Below, in pieces: positions 21,409 through 30,094 of a stretch of DNA of 64,000 nucleotides; the first letter of the stretch is position 1, and every line of letters begins with the position of its first letter. Under the pieces are notes generated by a model that ran no database searches, was not told the origin of the DNA, and worked only from the letters and a program-made list of their open reading frames with translations. The position numbers were made by a program, and so were the translations under genes. Origin of the DNA: Candidatus Omnitrophota bacterium. GTDB lineage: Bacteria > Omnitrophota > Gorgyraeia > Duberdicusellales > 4484-171. The stretch covers positions 30,302 through 94,301 of the forward strand of contig WJJJ01000007.1 in assembly GCA_014729775.1 (NCBI GenBank). The letters are read 5' to 3'.

Positions 21409-22031
21409 TGAGTGATGTGCAGAGAGAATATCGTCTCAAGCGACCGGTTGATTTTTTTCTGGGGGTCCTCGCAGTTTTTCTCTCTCTGCCCCTATGGGGG
21501 TTGTGTGCCTACGCGGTGCTGGCGGAGGACGGCCGCCCGGTATTTTACGGACAATATCGGATTGGGCGAGCCGGGCGAAGGTTTCGGGTATTTAAATTCC
21601 GGTCGATGATCAAAAATGCCGAAGCGCTGACCGGGCCTGTATTCGCTCAGGAGAATGATTCCCGGTTGACCAAGACCGGCCAGGTCATGCGGGCGACCGC
21701 GCTGGATGAACTTCCGCAAATATTGAGTATTCTCAAAGGAGATATGAGTTTTGTCGGACCTCGGCCGGAGCGTCCCGAATTCGTGGCGACGTTTGCGGCC
21801 GAAGTGAGAAATTATATGATGCGGCATGCCGTCCGTCCCGGGTTAACGGGAGTTGCTCAGATTTTCGGGCAATACGATACCCCACCGCGGCATAAACTCC
21901 GTTATGATCTGTTCTACATAAGGAGGCAGAGTTTACTGTTCGATTTGGTTCTCATTACTATTTCTTTGTATCTGAGCATATGCGGAAAATGGAGGTTTCG
22001 CCGGCGAAAGTTTCCTCGGCGGTATCGATAA
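21408..22031 (+). CDS. Polyprenyl-phosphate sugar phosphotransferase (small bacterial sugar transferase, PglC/WbaP-C-like)
   Basis: One N-terminal TM then FKFRSM...DELPQILSILKGDMSFVGPRPERPEFV, the Bac_transf signature of initiating phosphoglycosyltransferases. Confidence 0.85.
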   Translation: MSDVQREYRLKRPVDFFLGVLAVFLSLPLWGLCAYAVLAEDGRPVFYGQYRIGRAGRRFRVFKFRSMIKNAEALTGPVFAQENDSRLTKTGQVMRATALDELPQILSILKGDMSFVGPRPERPEFVATFAAEVRNYMMRHAVRPGLTGVAQIFGQYDTPPRHKLRYDLFYIRRQSLLFDLVLITISLYLSICGKWRFRRRKFPRRYR

Positions 22032-22088
22032 AAGGTGTTGCGTTGTTTCATCTCTCCCCGTAGAATAATATCGGGGGGAGAAAGGGTT

Positions 22089-23219
22089 ATGAAAGAAATG
22101 TCAATTGTCATCGTCGGTGCCGGTCCGATCGGGTGCTATGTGGGGCAGCTTTTGACCCGGCAGGGATACCGTGTCCGAATTATTGAGGAGCACAATGAGA
22201 TCGGGAAACCGGTGCATTGTGCGGGATTAATCGGGAAAAAGGTGCTGGATGAGATGCGAATCCCTTTCCCCAGGGAGAGCGTACTCAACCGTATTGACGG
22301 GGGGATTGTGCATCTCAATGGGGATTGTTTCCGTCTCCGGCGAGAAGAAGTTGCCTATGTGATCGACCGGGAAAAATTCGATAAAGCTATGGGGGCGGGA
22401 TTGAATGTGACCTATGGAACCCGGTGTGTCGGGATTGAGGAGAACGGAAGAGGGTATATTCTTGAAACTGACAGAGGAGAAATAAAAGCGGACGCGATCA
22501 TCGGTGCTGACGGCGCGCATTCTGCGGTCCGGGAATACGTGCATCAGAAAACCCCGGTCGAATATCTGAAAGGGGTACAGTTCCGGATGGAGCAGGCTCC
22601 TTCTGATATCAATATGGTGGAGATCTTTCTCAAAAAGCCTTATTTCTTCTGGAGCATCCCTGAAAATGAGAAAATCGTCCGGGTCGGGGTTCTTTCCCGG
22701 AATCCGTACTATGATCTTCTCGATTTTATCAAGGAAAGAGGTTTTCAGGGACGGGTGATCGAGAAATTCGCGGGACTTGTGCCCTTTTCGCATTTTTCCA
22801 CGTTTTCCAAAGGAAACGTATTTTTGGTGGGGGACAGCGCCGCACAAATAAAACCGTTGTCTTACGGCGGTGTCTATCTGGGGATGCGCGCTGCGGAACT
22901 TCTCGCGGATTGCCTGTGCAGTGAAAGGCATCAAGAATATTCTTCCCTGTGGAAGCGCCGTTTCGGCAGGGAACTCGCGATTACACTGAAGGCCCGCCGT
23001 TATTTTCATACGCTGAGCGAAGAAGATTTAGAACGAATATTTTTCTTCGTGAAAGATAATACTTCTCTTATAGAGGAAAAAGCCGATTTTGAAAATCACG
23101 CGGTGATGGTTTGGGAGTTCTTAAAACGGCCGAACGTATCAAAAGAAATATTGAGCATATTGCTGAAACTCGTGAAAAACAATTTTTTTCAGAATGAAGT
23201 CAATTACGCTACAAAGTAG
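22089..23219 (+). CDS. Geranylgeranyl reductase family FAD-dependent oxidoreductase
   Basis: MSIVIVGAGPIGCYVGQ...IIEEHNEIGKPVHCAGLIG is the GGR-type dinucleotide-binding fold with the PxCGG-like motif. ATG at 22089 (the tracker began upstream). Confidence 0.8.
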   Translation: MKEMSIVIVGAGPIGCYVGQLLTRQGYRVRIIEEHNEIGKPVHCAGLIGKKVLDEMRIPFPRESVLNRIDGGIVHLNGDCFRLRREEVAYVIDREKFDKAMGAGLNVTYGTRCVGIEENGRGYILETDRGEIKADAIIGADGAHSAVREYVHQKTPVEYLKGVQFRMEQAPSDINMVEIFLKKPYFFWSIPENEKIVRVGVLSRNPYYDLLDFIKERGFQGRVIEKFAGLVPFSHFSTFSKGNVFLVGDSAAQIKPLSYGGVYLGMRAAELLADCLCSERHQEYSSLWKRRFGRELAITLKARRYFHTLSEEDLERIFFFVKDNTSLIEEKADFENHAVMVWEFLKRPNVSKEILSILLKLVKNNFFQNEVNYATK

Positions 23220-24498
23220 AATTATTATTCTCTTTGTGATTTTTACCATTTTCACGATCGGCATTTTCGTCGTGATTCAGCTGTCGCATGAGTTGAATTC
23301 GGTTAACCAGGAGATTGAGTACCGGGCCCGCGCGAATTCAAATGAAGTAGAGGAGGAATTCCGGGAGATTCTTCTCCGGTTCCCGGACCGCGCGGAGGCG
23401 ATCGAAGTGATGGGTGAAAAACTCCAGGCGCTGAAAACCTCCGGGTTTCTCGAGCGTGCCTATGTGCTTGATTCTTCGGGTGAAATTGTATTCTCTACCG
23501 AGGGCTGGTTTGGAGGACAAAAGGGGAGTTTTACCGATTTTAATATACTGCAAAAATTTTTCGCGGAGGATTCGAGACGGAGAGAGGCTGTTACCGATAA
23601 AAAGAGCCGGTTACTCTCGGTGTATATCCCTCTTGACCAGGAAGATGAGTTGCGTTATTTGGTGCGGTTGTTTTTCCCTCTGGGCGATATTTGGACGGCG
23701 ATGCGGCAGGTCTATCAGCCGGCGTTTGCGGTCGGGCTGTTGTTTATCGTATTGAATGTATTGTTCGGGATATCTCTTTCCCGGGCGATTATCGGTCCGA
23801 TTAAGGTGGTAAGCGAGGCGGCAAAAAAAATCGCCGCGGGAAATCTTGATTTACGCGTACGAATGTCCACGAACGACGAGCTGGAGGAGTTGGCCAATAC
23901 GTTTAATGTGATGACAGTTGAATTAGACAAGATGAAACGACAAGCTGAGGATGCCAATCCTCTGACAAAACTTCCAGGGAACGTATTGATTCGCGAAGAG
24001 ATCGAGATGCGAATTCAAAACAAGGAAAAATTCGCGGTCGTATATTGCGACTTGGATAATTTCAAAGCGTTCAATGACAAATACGGAATCGGTAAAGGAG
24101 ATGAGGCAATCAAGCTTACCGGGGAGATTTTCAAACGGGCCGTAGAGCACAAAGGGGAATCAGATGATTTTATCGGACATGAAGGCGGGGACGATTTTTT
24201 ATTGGTATGCCGGCTTTCCCGGGTGGAAGAGGTGGCCAATTACATAATTGAAGAATTCGATGTGCGCATACGGGATTTATACGACAAAGAAGACAAAGCG
24301 CAGGGCTATATTATCGCAACGGGACGGGACGGGGTAAAGCGGCAGTTTTCCATTATGACCATTTCTCTGGCGGGAATTACGAACGGCCGCCGGGAGCTGC
24401 ACAGCTACGGTGAAATCACCAATATTGCGGCCGAAGTGAAAAAGAAAGCAAAAAACCAGGAGCGCAGCTGTTTGGTGTTTGACGAACGGACCGGGTAG
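23194..24498 (+). CDS. Membrane-bound HAMP-GGDEF domain protein (diguanylate-cyclase family; signature motif is GGDDF)
   Basis: Two TM segments flank a ~150-aa periplasmic region, then HAMP (IGPIKVVSEAAKKIAAGNLDLRV). The GGDEF domain has LTKLPGN, YCDLDNFKAFND, and GGDDF at 24184-24198 in place of GG(D/E)EF. Confidence 0.8.
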   Translation: MKSITLQSRIIILFVIFTIFTIGIFVVIQLSHELNSVNQEIEYRARANSNEVEEEFREILLRFPDRAEAIEVMGEKLQALKTSGFLERAYVLDSSGEIVFSTEGWFGGQKGSFTDFNILQKFFAEDSRRREAVTDKKSRLLSVYIPLDQEDELRYLVRLFFPLGDIWTAMRQVYQPAFAVGLLFIVLNVLFGISLSRAIIGPIKVVSEAAKKIAAGNLDLRVRMSTNDELEELANTFNVMTVELDKMKRQAEDANPLTKLPGNVLIREEIEMRIQNKEKFAVVYCDLDNFKAFNDKYGIGKGDEAIKLTGEIFKRAVEHKGESDDFIGHEGGDDFLLVCRLSRVEEVANYIIEEFDVRIRDLYDKEDKAQGYIIATGRDGVKRQFSIMTISLAGITNGRRELHSYGEITNIAAEVKKKAKNQERSCLVFDERTG

Positions 24499-24508
24499 TG
24501 TATTAGTA

Positions 24509-24835
24509 TTAGGAGAGGTTATCTAAGAGACTTTCCGTAAGATCTTTATACGGGTTCAAATACGGATGCGGCTCGTCTAATGCGAAATCCGGGATGTTTT
24601 CCTTTTCCTGGATACGAGGCGCGGGGTTGATAATGTTGGAAATAATTTGTTTCCATTTAGGGATGTCCGTCGGGGGCTGGGGATCGTTGCGGTCTGCATG
24701 GTAATCGGGCGAAGCGCTGTTGTCTTCGGGCCACTCCACCTGCGATGGTTCGGGTTGGGCGAGCGCCCAGAAACCACCGGTTCCCAATAACAGAACTACC
24801 GCACATATGAAAATCATATCTTTGTGTATGCTCAT
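24509..24835 (-). CDS. Small secreted hypothetical protein (108 aa, Pro/Asp-rich)
   Basis: This is the only convincing minus-strand gene. The Met at 24835 gives MSIHKDMIFICAVVLLLGTGGFWALA|QP, a typical Sec signal peptide. It lies in the 425-nt gap between convergent and divergent + strand genes. Confidence 0.4.
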   Translation of the reverse strand: MSIHKDMIFICAVVLLLGTGGFWALAQPEPSQVEWPEDNSASPDYHADRNDPQPPTDIPKWKQIISNIINPAPRIQEKENIPDFALDEPHPYLNPYKDLTESLLDNLS

Positions 24836-24922
24836 CTCAATTAAAGGATACCATACCCTGCCCCCCGATGTCAATAAAATCGCCGATGGCGAAAAACCAT
24901 TGAAAATAAAGGAGAATACGTT

Positions 24923-26761
24923 ATGATGCGCCGAGTTTTCCAGCGCTCCGTGCTTACTCTGATCGTGGTTGTGGTGACAATGGGGACGTTTCTTTTTATT
25001 TATAATACCTATATGTTGGATCATTCTCTCTTTAATCTGAAGGTTTCGCTCAAACATCTGGCTACCGTGGAAAATCCCAGGGAAATGGAGGAAATCCGGC
25101 AAATCCTGGACGTTGTATTGGTCCAGGAAATTGCCCGGGATTCGTCCGACTTTTTAGCGGCGGCAAAACTGGAATTTTCCGGTCAGATTGCGGGGCGGAT
25201 GAAGCAATATCAGCAGATTCAGGATATCCGGTTTCTCTTGGGGGATATCGTGGAACAACGGGAGGAGCGACGCAATCCTTTTTTTGCTCTGCTGGACAGC
25301 ATTTTGATGAAACTCTTCCCCCATGTGCGGCAGGACCAGCCGCAGAAGATACGCGCAATGATCAGCGAAATGGAAAAGAAAATTCCCCTTTACGACGGAA
25401 TTAAGCTGCAGGCGCATTTAATCCGTCTGGCACAGATGAATATGCGTCTTCGGGAGTGGCCTGTCGCATTGGAGTTGTTGCAGCGGGCGGCTTCAGCCGG
25501 GCCGGAAAGTAAGGAGGGCCGTATCGCGAAGCTATATGTGGGAATCGTATATAAATTTACCGGAGAGTATGAGCGTGCCCGGAAAGTATTCAGCGAGCTT
25601 CGTTCGGTGTTAGAGAAAGATCTGAAAAAATACGCAATATATCAGGAAGCCCAAATCTTGTATGCAGAAGGGCGAAAGGGACAGGCCTTGCAGAAGTTAG
25701 AAGAGTTCTTTGATGATTCGCCCGGAGAAGAATTCCATCAATTCTCGCAGTTCCGGGCGGCATACGAGTATCTATACACCATACACGACCACCAGAAGGC
25801 GTATCAGTCGTTTCAAAAACTGCATGAATATGCACCCCAAAGCAAGTATGACGAATATGCGGTTACCTATCTCTATCCCCGGAATGCGGAGCCGTATGTA
25901 GAAGAAGGAGCAATTTTGTTGGATGAAGGGTATAATCTGGTGCGGTTGGCACATGAAAAAGAGGCACGCGAACGATATCAGGGTGCATTGAACCTGTTCC
26001 ACCAGGCGGTAAAAATTTGTCCGCCGGAAACCAATGATACCGTGGTGTCGATTATCGCCCGCAATTATCGGGAAACCGGATTCAAACTGGTCGAACAAGG
26101 ATATTTGTCTCAACAGGCGAACCAGAAAGCGGAAGCGACGTTGTTTTTTTCCGATGCGATCGAGAAATTTGATCTTGCAACGCAATTCTTCGACCGCGAA
26201 GCGTTAGCATACAGCGGGAAAGGACTGACGTTATTGTTTCTCGGGAAGCCGCAGGAAGCGCTGGATGCCGCGCGGGAAGCCGTCCGTCTCAATCCCGAGA
26301 ATGAAGAAACACTGGCTCATTTGGGGTATGTGTATTATCGGGTGGGAATGCTTGACGAAGCGATCGATGTGTATCGAAAATCGATGTTGGTATTACGAGA
26401 TTCTCCGCTATTGCATTATAATCTGGGGACAATGTTGGTTAAAAAAGGCAACCTTGTGGGAGCGATCGAAAATTTCAAACAGGCGATTGATGCTGATCCG
26501 AAATATTCGTACGCATATAATAACCTAGGATACATTTTGTGGGTAAAGGGCGCCTATCAGGAGGCGCAGACAAATTTGGAGCGAGCCGTGAGTTTGAGCC
26601 CCGATTATGTGGATGCCAGGTATAATCTCGGAGTCTTGTTTTTTACCATCGGAAAGTACGAACAGGCCCAGGAGCAGTTCCAAGTGATCAACCGTTTGCA
26701 TCCGGGGTTCAAAAAAAGCCAACAGTTTCTGAGAGCGATTGAAAAGAGAGCTGCACAATAA
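24923..26761 (+). CDS. TPR-repeat protein with N-terminal membrane anchor
   Basis: RBS aaggag 7 nt before ATG. An N-terminal TM (LTLIVVVVTMGTFLFIY) is followed by multiple TPR-like repeats (YNLGTMLVKKGNLVGAIENFKQAIDADPKYSYAYNNLGYI...). Confidence 0.8.
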   Translation: MMRRVFQRSVLTLIVVVVTMGTFLFIYNTYMLDHSLFNLKVSLKHLATVENPREMEEIRQILDVVLVQEIARDSSDFLAAAKLEFSGQIAGRMKQYQQIQDIRFLLGDIVEQREERRNPFFALLDSILMKLFPHVRQDQPQKIRAMISEMEKKIPLYDGIKLQAHLIRLAQMNMRLREWPVALELLQRAASAGPESKEGRIAKLYVGIVYKFTGEYERARKVFSELRSVLEKDLKKYAIYQEAQILYAEGRKGQALQKLEEFFDDSPGEEFHQFSQFRAAYEYLYTIHDHQKAYQSFQKLHEYAPQSKYDEYAVTYLYPRNAEPYVEEGAILLDEGYNLVRLAHEKEARERYQGALNLFHQAVKICPPETNDTVVSIIARNYRETGFKLVEQGYLSQQANQKAEATLFFSDAIEKFDLATQFFDREALAYSGKGLTLLFLGKPQEALDAAREAVRLNPENEETLAHLGYVYYRVGMLDEAIDVYRKSMLVLRDSPLLHYNLGTMLVKKGNLVGAIENFKQAIDADPKYSYAYNNLGYILWVKGAYQEAQTNLERAVSLSPDYVDARYNLGVLFFTIGKYEQAQEQFQVINRLHPGFKKSQQFLRAIEKRAAQ

Positions 26762-26762
26762 A

Positions 26763-26791
26763 TTGACAGCAGCATGAAAATATACTAAACT
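26763..26791 (+). promoter_or_regulatory. Putative sigma70-type promoter (TTGACA-17-TAAACT) giving a near-leaderless PilZ mRNA
   Basis: TTGACA at 26763-26768 and TAAACT at 26786-26791 with a 17-nt spacer. The predicted TSS is ~3-4 nt before ATG 26802. Confidence 0.45.
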
Positions 26792-26801
26792 TATCGTTGA
26801 G

Positions 26802-27377
26802 ATGCTGAAATCATTCAAGAAACATTTCTTCCGCAAGAAAGGCCGTGACCGGAGAAAATATGTCCGGTTGCGTGCGCATCATTTGCTGAAGTATAAAATT
26901 CTTTCTCCCCAAGAACATCTGACCTTTGTCCGCGATATCAGCGGCGGCGGACTCCTCTTTTTCTCGAGAGAGGATATTCCTGTGGGGAGTGTAGTGGAAC
27001 TTGCCGTTAATTTTCCCGCATCTCCCTTGCCGATTGAAGGGGTAGCCAAGGTGATCCGGACCCGGCATCTTAAAAAGATGGGCGGCTACGAGATCGCAGT
27101 CGAATTTCTCGAGCTGGACGAAGAAAACCGGGAACGGATTCAACGGCAAATAGCGTGTGTATATGAAAAAAAAGAACAAAGAAAGGGGGAGCGAATGGGC
27201 AGAGTAGCGAAAATATTCCTGGGACTCGCGATTGTCGGCGCGCTTTTCGGGACGGCAACGCGATTCTTTGATGTGAGTGTCCCGGTTGCCCCGCTCAGTT
27301 GGGTTATGTTGACCAATATGTTTTTGCTGTTCTCTATCGCGGTCACTTTGTTGGCAATTGCTCGGAAGATCAAATAG
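26802..27377 (+). CDS. PilZ-domain c-di-GMP receptor with C-terminal two-TM anchor
   Basis: Canonical PilZ motifs RKYVRLR (RxxxR) and DISGGG (DxSxGG), followed by two hydrophobic helices at the C-terminus. Confidence 0.8.
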   Translation: MLKSFKKHFFRKKGRDRRKYVRLRAHHLLKYKILSPQEHLTFVRDISGGGLLFFSREDIPVGSVVELAVNFPASPLPIEGVAKVIRTRHLKKMGGYEIAVEFLELDEENRERIQRQIACVYEKKEQRKGERMGRVAKIFLGLAIVGALFGTATRFFDVSVPVAPLSWVMLTNMFLLFSIAVTLLAIARKIK

Positions 27378-27418
27378 GTTCTTTTGAGGATATACGGGGC
27401 AGACGGAATTTTATTCGT

Positions 27419-28747
27419 ATGGGCAGGTGGATTACCACAGGAATATGCATGGTTGCGTGTGCTGTCCTTCCCGCAGCGGGATGGGGGGAAGTGACGAGGG
27501 GAGACCTTATCGACGGATATCTTAAATATTATCAGCTGGAAGAAAAAGAACGGGAAGAAAAGGAACGGCAGGAAGAGCTCCGGCGGCAAAAGGAAGAGGC
27601 TTTGATGCGGGAGCGGGAAGCCCGGCGGGATAAAAGCGAGCAACGTGCGAGAAAAATGAAAAAAGTGCTTGAGAGAGTAAAAGAGGATCTTTTGTTTGTC
27701 GCGGAACTCGAGAGTATTTATAGCGATAACGTATTTAAAACCAGCGAAGACGAAGAATCAGATTTCGTCACTTCTCTCACCCTGGGATTGAGCTACGAAC
27801 CAGAAATTGCATGGAGGAAGGGGCATACTTCGGTAAAATTCGATCTGGAAGGCGGTCCGAACATCACCATTACGGATAATGACGAGCTGAACGCGAACCG
27901 GTTCCTTGCCGCCGGTGCGGTCCAGCATGTCCGGGGGAAATACGGTGTCGGTATTGAAGGAGGCGCGGAACGGGATTTCTCTACGGCGAGCGATTTTACC
28001 CTTACGGGAGAAAAAAAGCTCGTGGAATTCTGGCGGTATCGGTACGGAGTGGAGCTGTTCGCCGACTGGGCATATCTCCCTTCCTCGCTTCAGTACACGC
28101 ACAAAACAACCGAACACGACGGAGAGTTTTCTGCGGCGGATTTAGACGAGGACGTCATTGAATTGACGACGAAAGTGAACGTTTTCCCCAAGACCGGAAT
28201 TAAATTTGACTATCAATATGGTTCTGACGAATATCCGAACCGCGGAAATAAAGACGGTACGTATCATTCGTTTCAACTCGGGCTGTCCGGAAAGATTTCG
28301 CCGAAGATCAAAGGGGATATCCTTGGAGGCATCAAGCAGAGAGAAATCGATGACGGCAGCGATGTCGAAGAAACTACGACGACGGTGGACCTTGTGTATG
28401 ATATCTCCGAACATCTGAGCGCCGCCTTCGAAGCAAGCCGGGATGTCTCCGCGACGGCGGTCATCGGAGAATCTTGGAGCAAAGACTGGGAGATCATTCT
28501 GGGGCTGGAATACCGGCCGCCGTTCAACCGAAGGTTAACCATGTTCGCCGGAGGGGAATATAAGAGTTCAGAGTATTCTTCCGCCCGGGAAGACGAATAT
28601 CTTGAGCTGTCTTTGCGGTCACGGCTCGCGTTGAATCAATGGCTTTCCTGTGAAGGTGCATATACGTTCGAAGACAGGACCTCGAACACTGCCCTGGCCG
28701 AATACACGCAAAACGAAATTACGCTGTCACTCACCGCGGAGTTTTAA
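27419..28747 (+). CDS. Putative outer-membrane beta-barrel protein with N-terminal charged coiled-coil region
   Basis: Signal peptide (MGRWITTGICMVACAVLPAAG), a K/E/R-rich low-complexity stretch, then alternating amphipathic beta-strand pattern. The C-terminus ...ITLSLTAEF ends in Phe, the OMP signature. Confidence 0.6.
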   Translation: MGRWITTGICMVACAVLPAAGWGEVTRGDLIDGYLKYYQLEEKEREEKERQEELRRQKEEALMREREARRDKSEQRARKMKKVLERVKEDLLFVAELESIYSDNVFKTSEDEESDFVTSLTLGLSYEPEIAWRKGHTSVKFDLEGGPNITITDNDELNANRFLAAGAVQHVRGKYGVGIEGGAERDFSTASDFTLTGEKKLVEFWRYRYGVELFADWAYLPSSLQYTHKTTEHDGEFSAADLDEDVIELTTKVNVFPKTGIKFDYQYGSDEYPNRGNKDGTYHSFQLGLSGKISPKIKGDILGGIKQREIDDGSDVEETTTTVDLVYDISEHLSAAFEASRDVSATAVIGESWSKDWEIILGLEYRPPFNRRLTMFAGGEYKSSEYSSAREDEYLELSLRSRLALNQWLSCEGAYTFEDRTSNTALAEYTQNEITLSLTAEF

Positions 28748-30088
28748 ATGAAGATGCGAACAAAAATCATAGGTGTGCTTCTCGTTTGCTTCCCGCTGGC
28801 TGTTTCCGCACAACAGGAGGAGGAGAACATTGCCGCAGGGGATATTCTCCATATTACCGTATACGGGGAGCCGGGGCTTGATCAAAAGGTCCAGGTGTCT
28901 GGTACGGGGGATGTCGAATTCGTTCCTCTCGGACAGGTTCCCGTGGCCGGGCTCTCTCCGGTCGGGGCGGGAGAGAAAATCGAACGGGAACTGAAAAATG
29001 AGTTTTATTTGGATGCGGAAGTAAGCGTGATCCGGAACCGGTCCGCCGGGGAGTCGACGCAGGAGCCTCTTCCTTATTTTTCCGGTGAGGATTCCGGAAT
29101 TCCCTCTGCGGAAGACGATTTGTTTTACCGGGTTGGTCCGTACGATACAATTGAGATATCCGTTTACGGAGAGCCGGATTTAAGTAAAACCGTCAAAGTT
29201 TCCGAGGTAGGAAATATCCGTTTTCCGCTGCTGGGAGACGTGCAAGTCGAAGGACTGACTGCTGAAGAAATCGCCAGAAAAATTGAAGAATTGCTTGAGG
29301 ACGAATATTTAGTGAATCCACAGGTGAGTGTGATGATCGAGGAATACGGAAAAGTCTATGTGTTCGGCGCGGTGAATCAGCCGGGGGAATACGAGTTAAA
29401 AGGGCCTCTTACGCTCGTTGATATCCTCGTGCTAGCCGGCGGGGCCCAAGAAAACGCCAATCTTTCAAAAGTAAAAGTGGTGCGAAGGACCGGAGGCGAC
29501 CGGGGGTACGTGGTGGACGTAGACGATGTGGGCAACCGTTTCTACCTGAAACCCTTAGATAAGGTGATTGTGGAAGAATACGGGGAGATATATATCGTTG
29601 GCGCCGTCGAGAATCCTGGAGCTTATAATCTCGAAACGAGCGACTTGACGCCGTTGGATGCAATCATATTTCTGGCCGGAGGAGCTGCGGAAAATGCGAA
29701 CCTTACCGCGGTGACCGTGATCCGGTCGGCCGAAGATGGGAAAGAAGAGATCGTCGTTGACACTTCCCGGCCCGATCAGGAGTTTTATCTTCAGGAAGGC
29801 GACCGGGTGGTGGTAACGCTGTACGAGGATGTTTCGGTGTTTGGTGAAGTGCGGGAACCGGGTAATTACCCGTACAAAAAGGGGATAACGGTGATTGATG
29901 CCATTAGCCAGGCTGGCGGATTTACCGAGGTCGCGAGTAAAAACGGCGTACGAGTTATTCGGCAGCAGGGAGGGGAAAAGAAAATTATCAAAGTGCCTGT
30001 CGGATATATTTTAAAAACCGGAGATAAAGAGAGAGACATAGAGCTCCAGGAGGGCGATGCGGTAGTCGTCCCGGAATCGTGGTTTTGA
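28748..30088 (+). CDS. wza: Polysaccharide export protein (Wza/GumB/EpsA-like; Poly_export + SLBB domains)
   Basis: Signal peptide and repeated SLBB motifs (VYVFGAVNQPGEYELKGPLTLVDILVLAGG; IYIVGAVENPGAYNL...LDAIIFLAGG). Confidence 0.85.
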   Translation: MKMRTKIIGVLLVCFPLAVSAQQEEENIAAGDILHITVYGEPGLDQKVQVSGTGDVEFVPLGQVPVAGLSPVGAGEKIERELKNEFYLDAEVSVIRNRSAGESTQEPLPYFSGEDSGIPSAEDDLFYRVGPYDTIEISVYGEPDLSKTVKVSEVGNIRFPLLGDVQVEGLTAEEIARKIEELLEDEYLVNPQVSVMIEEYGKVYVFGAVNQPGEYELKGPLTLVDILVLAGGAQENANLSKVKVVRRTGGDRGYVVDVDDVGNRFYLKPLDKVIVEEYGEIYIVGAVENPGAYNLETSDLTPLDAIIFLAGGAAENANLTAVTVIRSAEDGKEEIVVDTSRPDQEFYLQEGDRVVVTLYEDVSVFGEVREPGNYPYKKGITVIDAISQAGGFTEVASKNGVRVIRQQGGEKKIIKVPVGYILKTGDKERDIELQEGDAVVVPESWF

Positions 30089-30094
30089 GGAACG

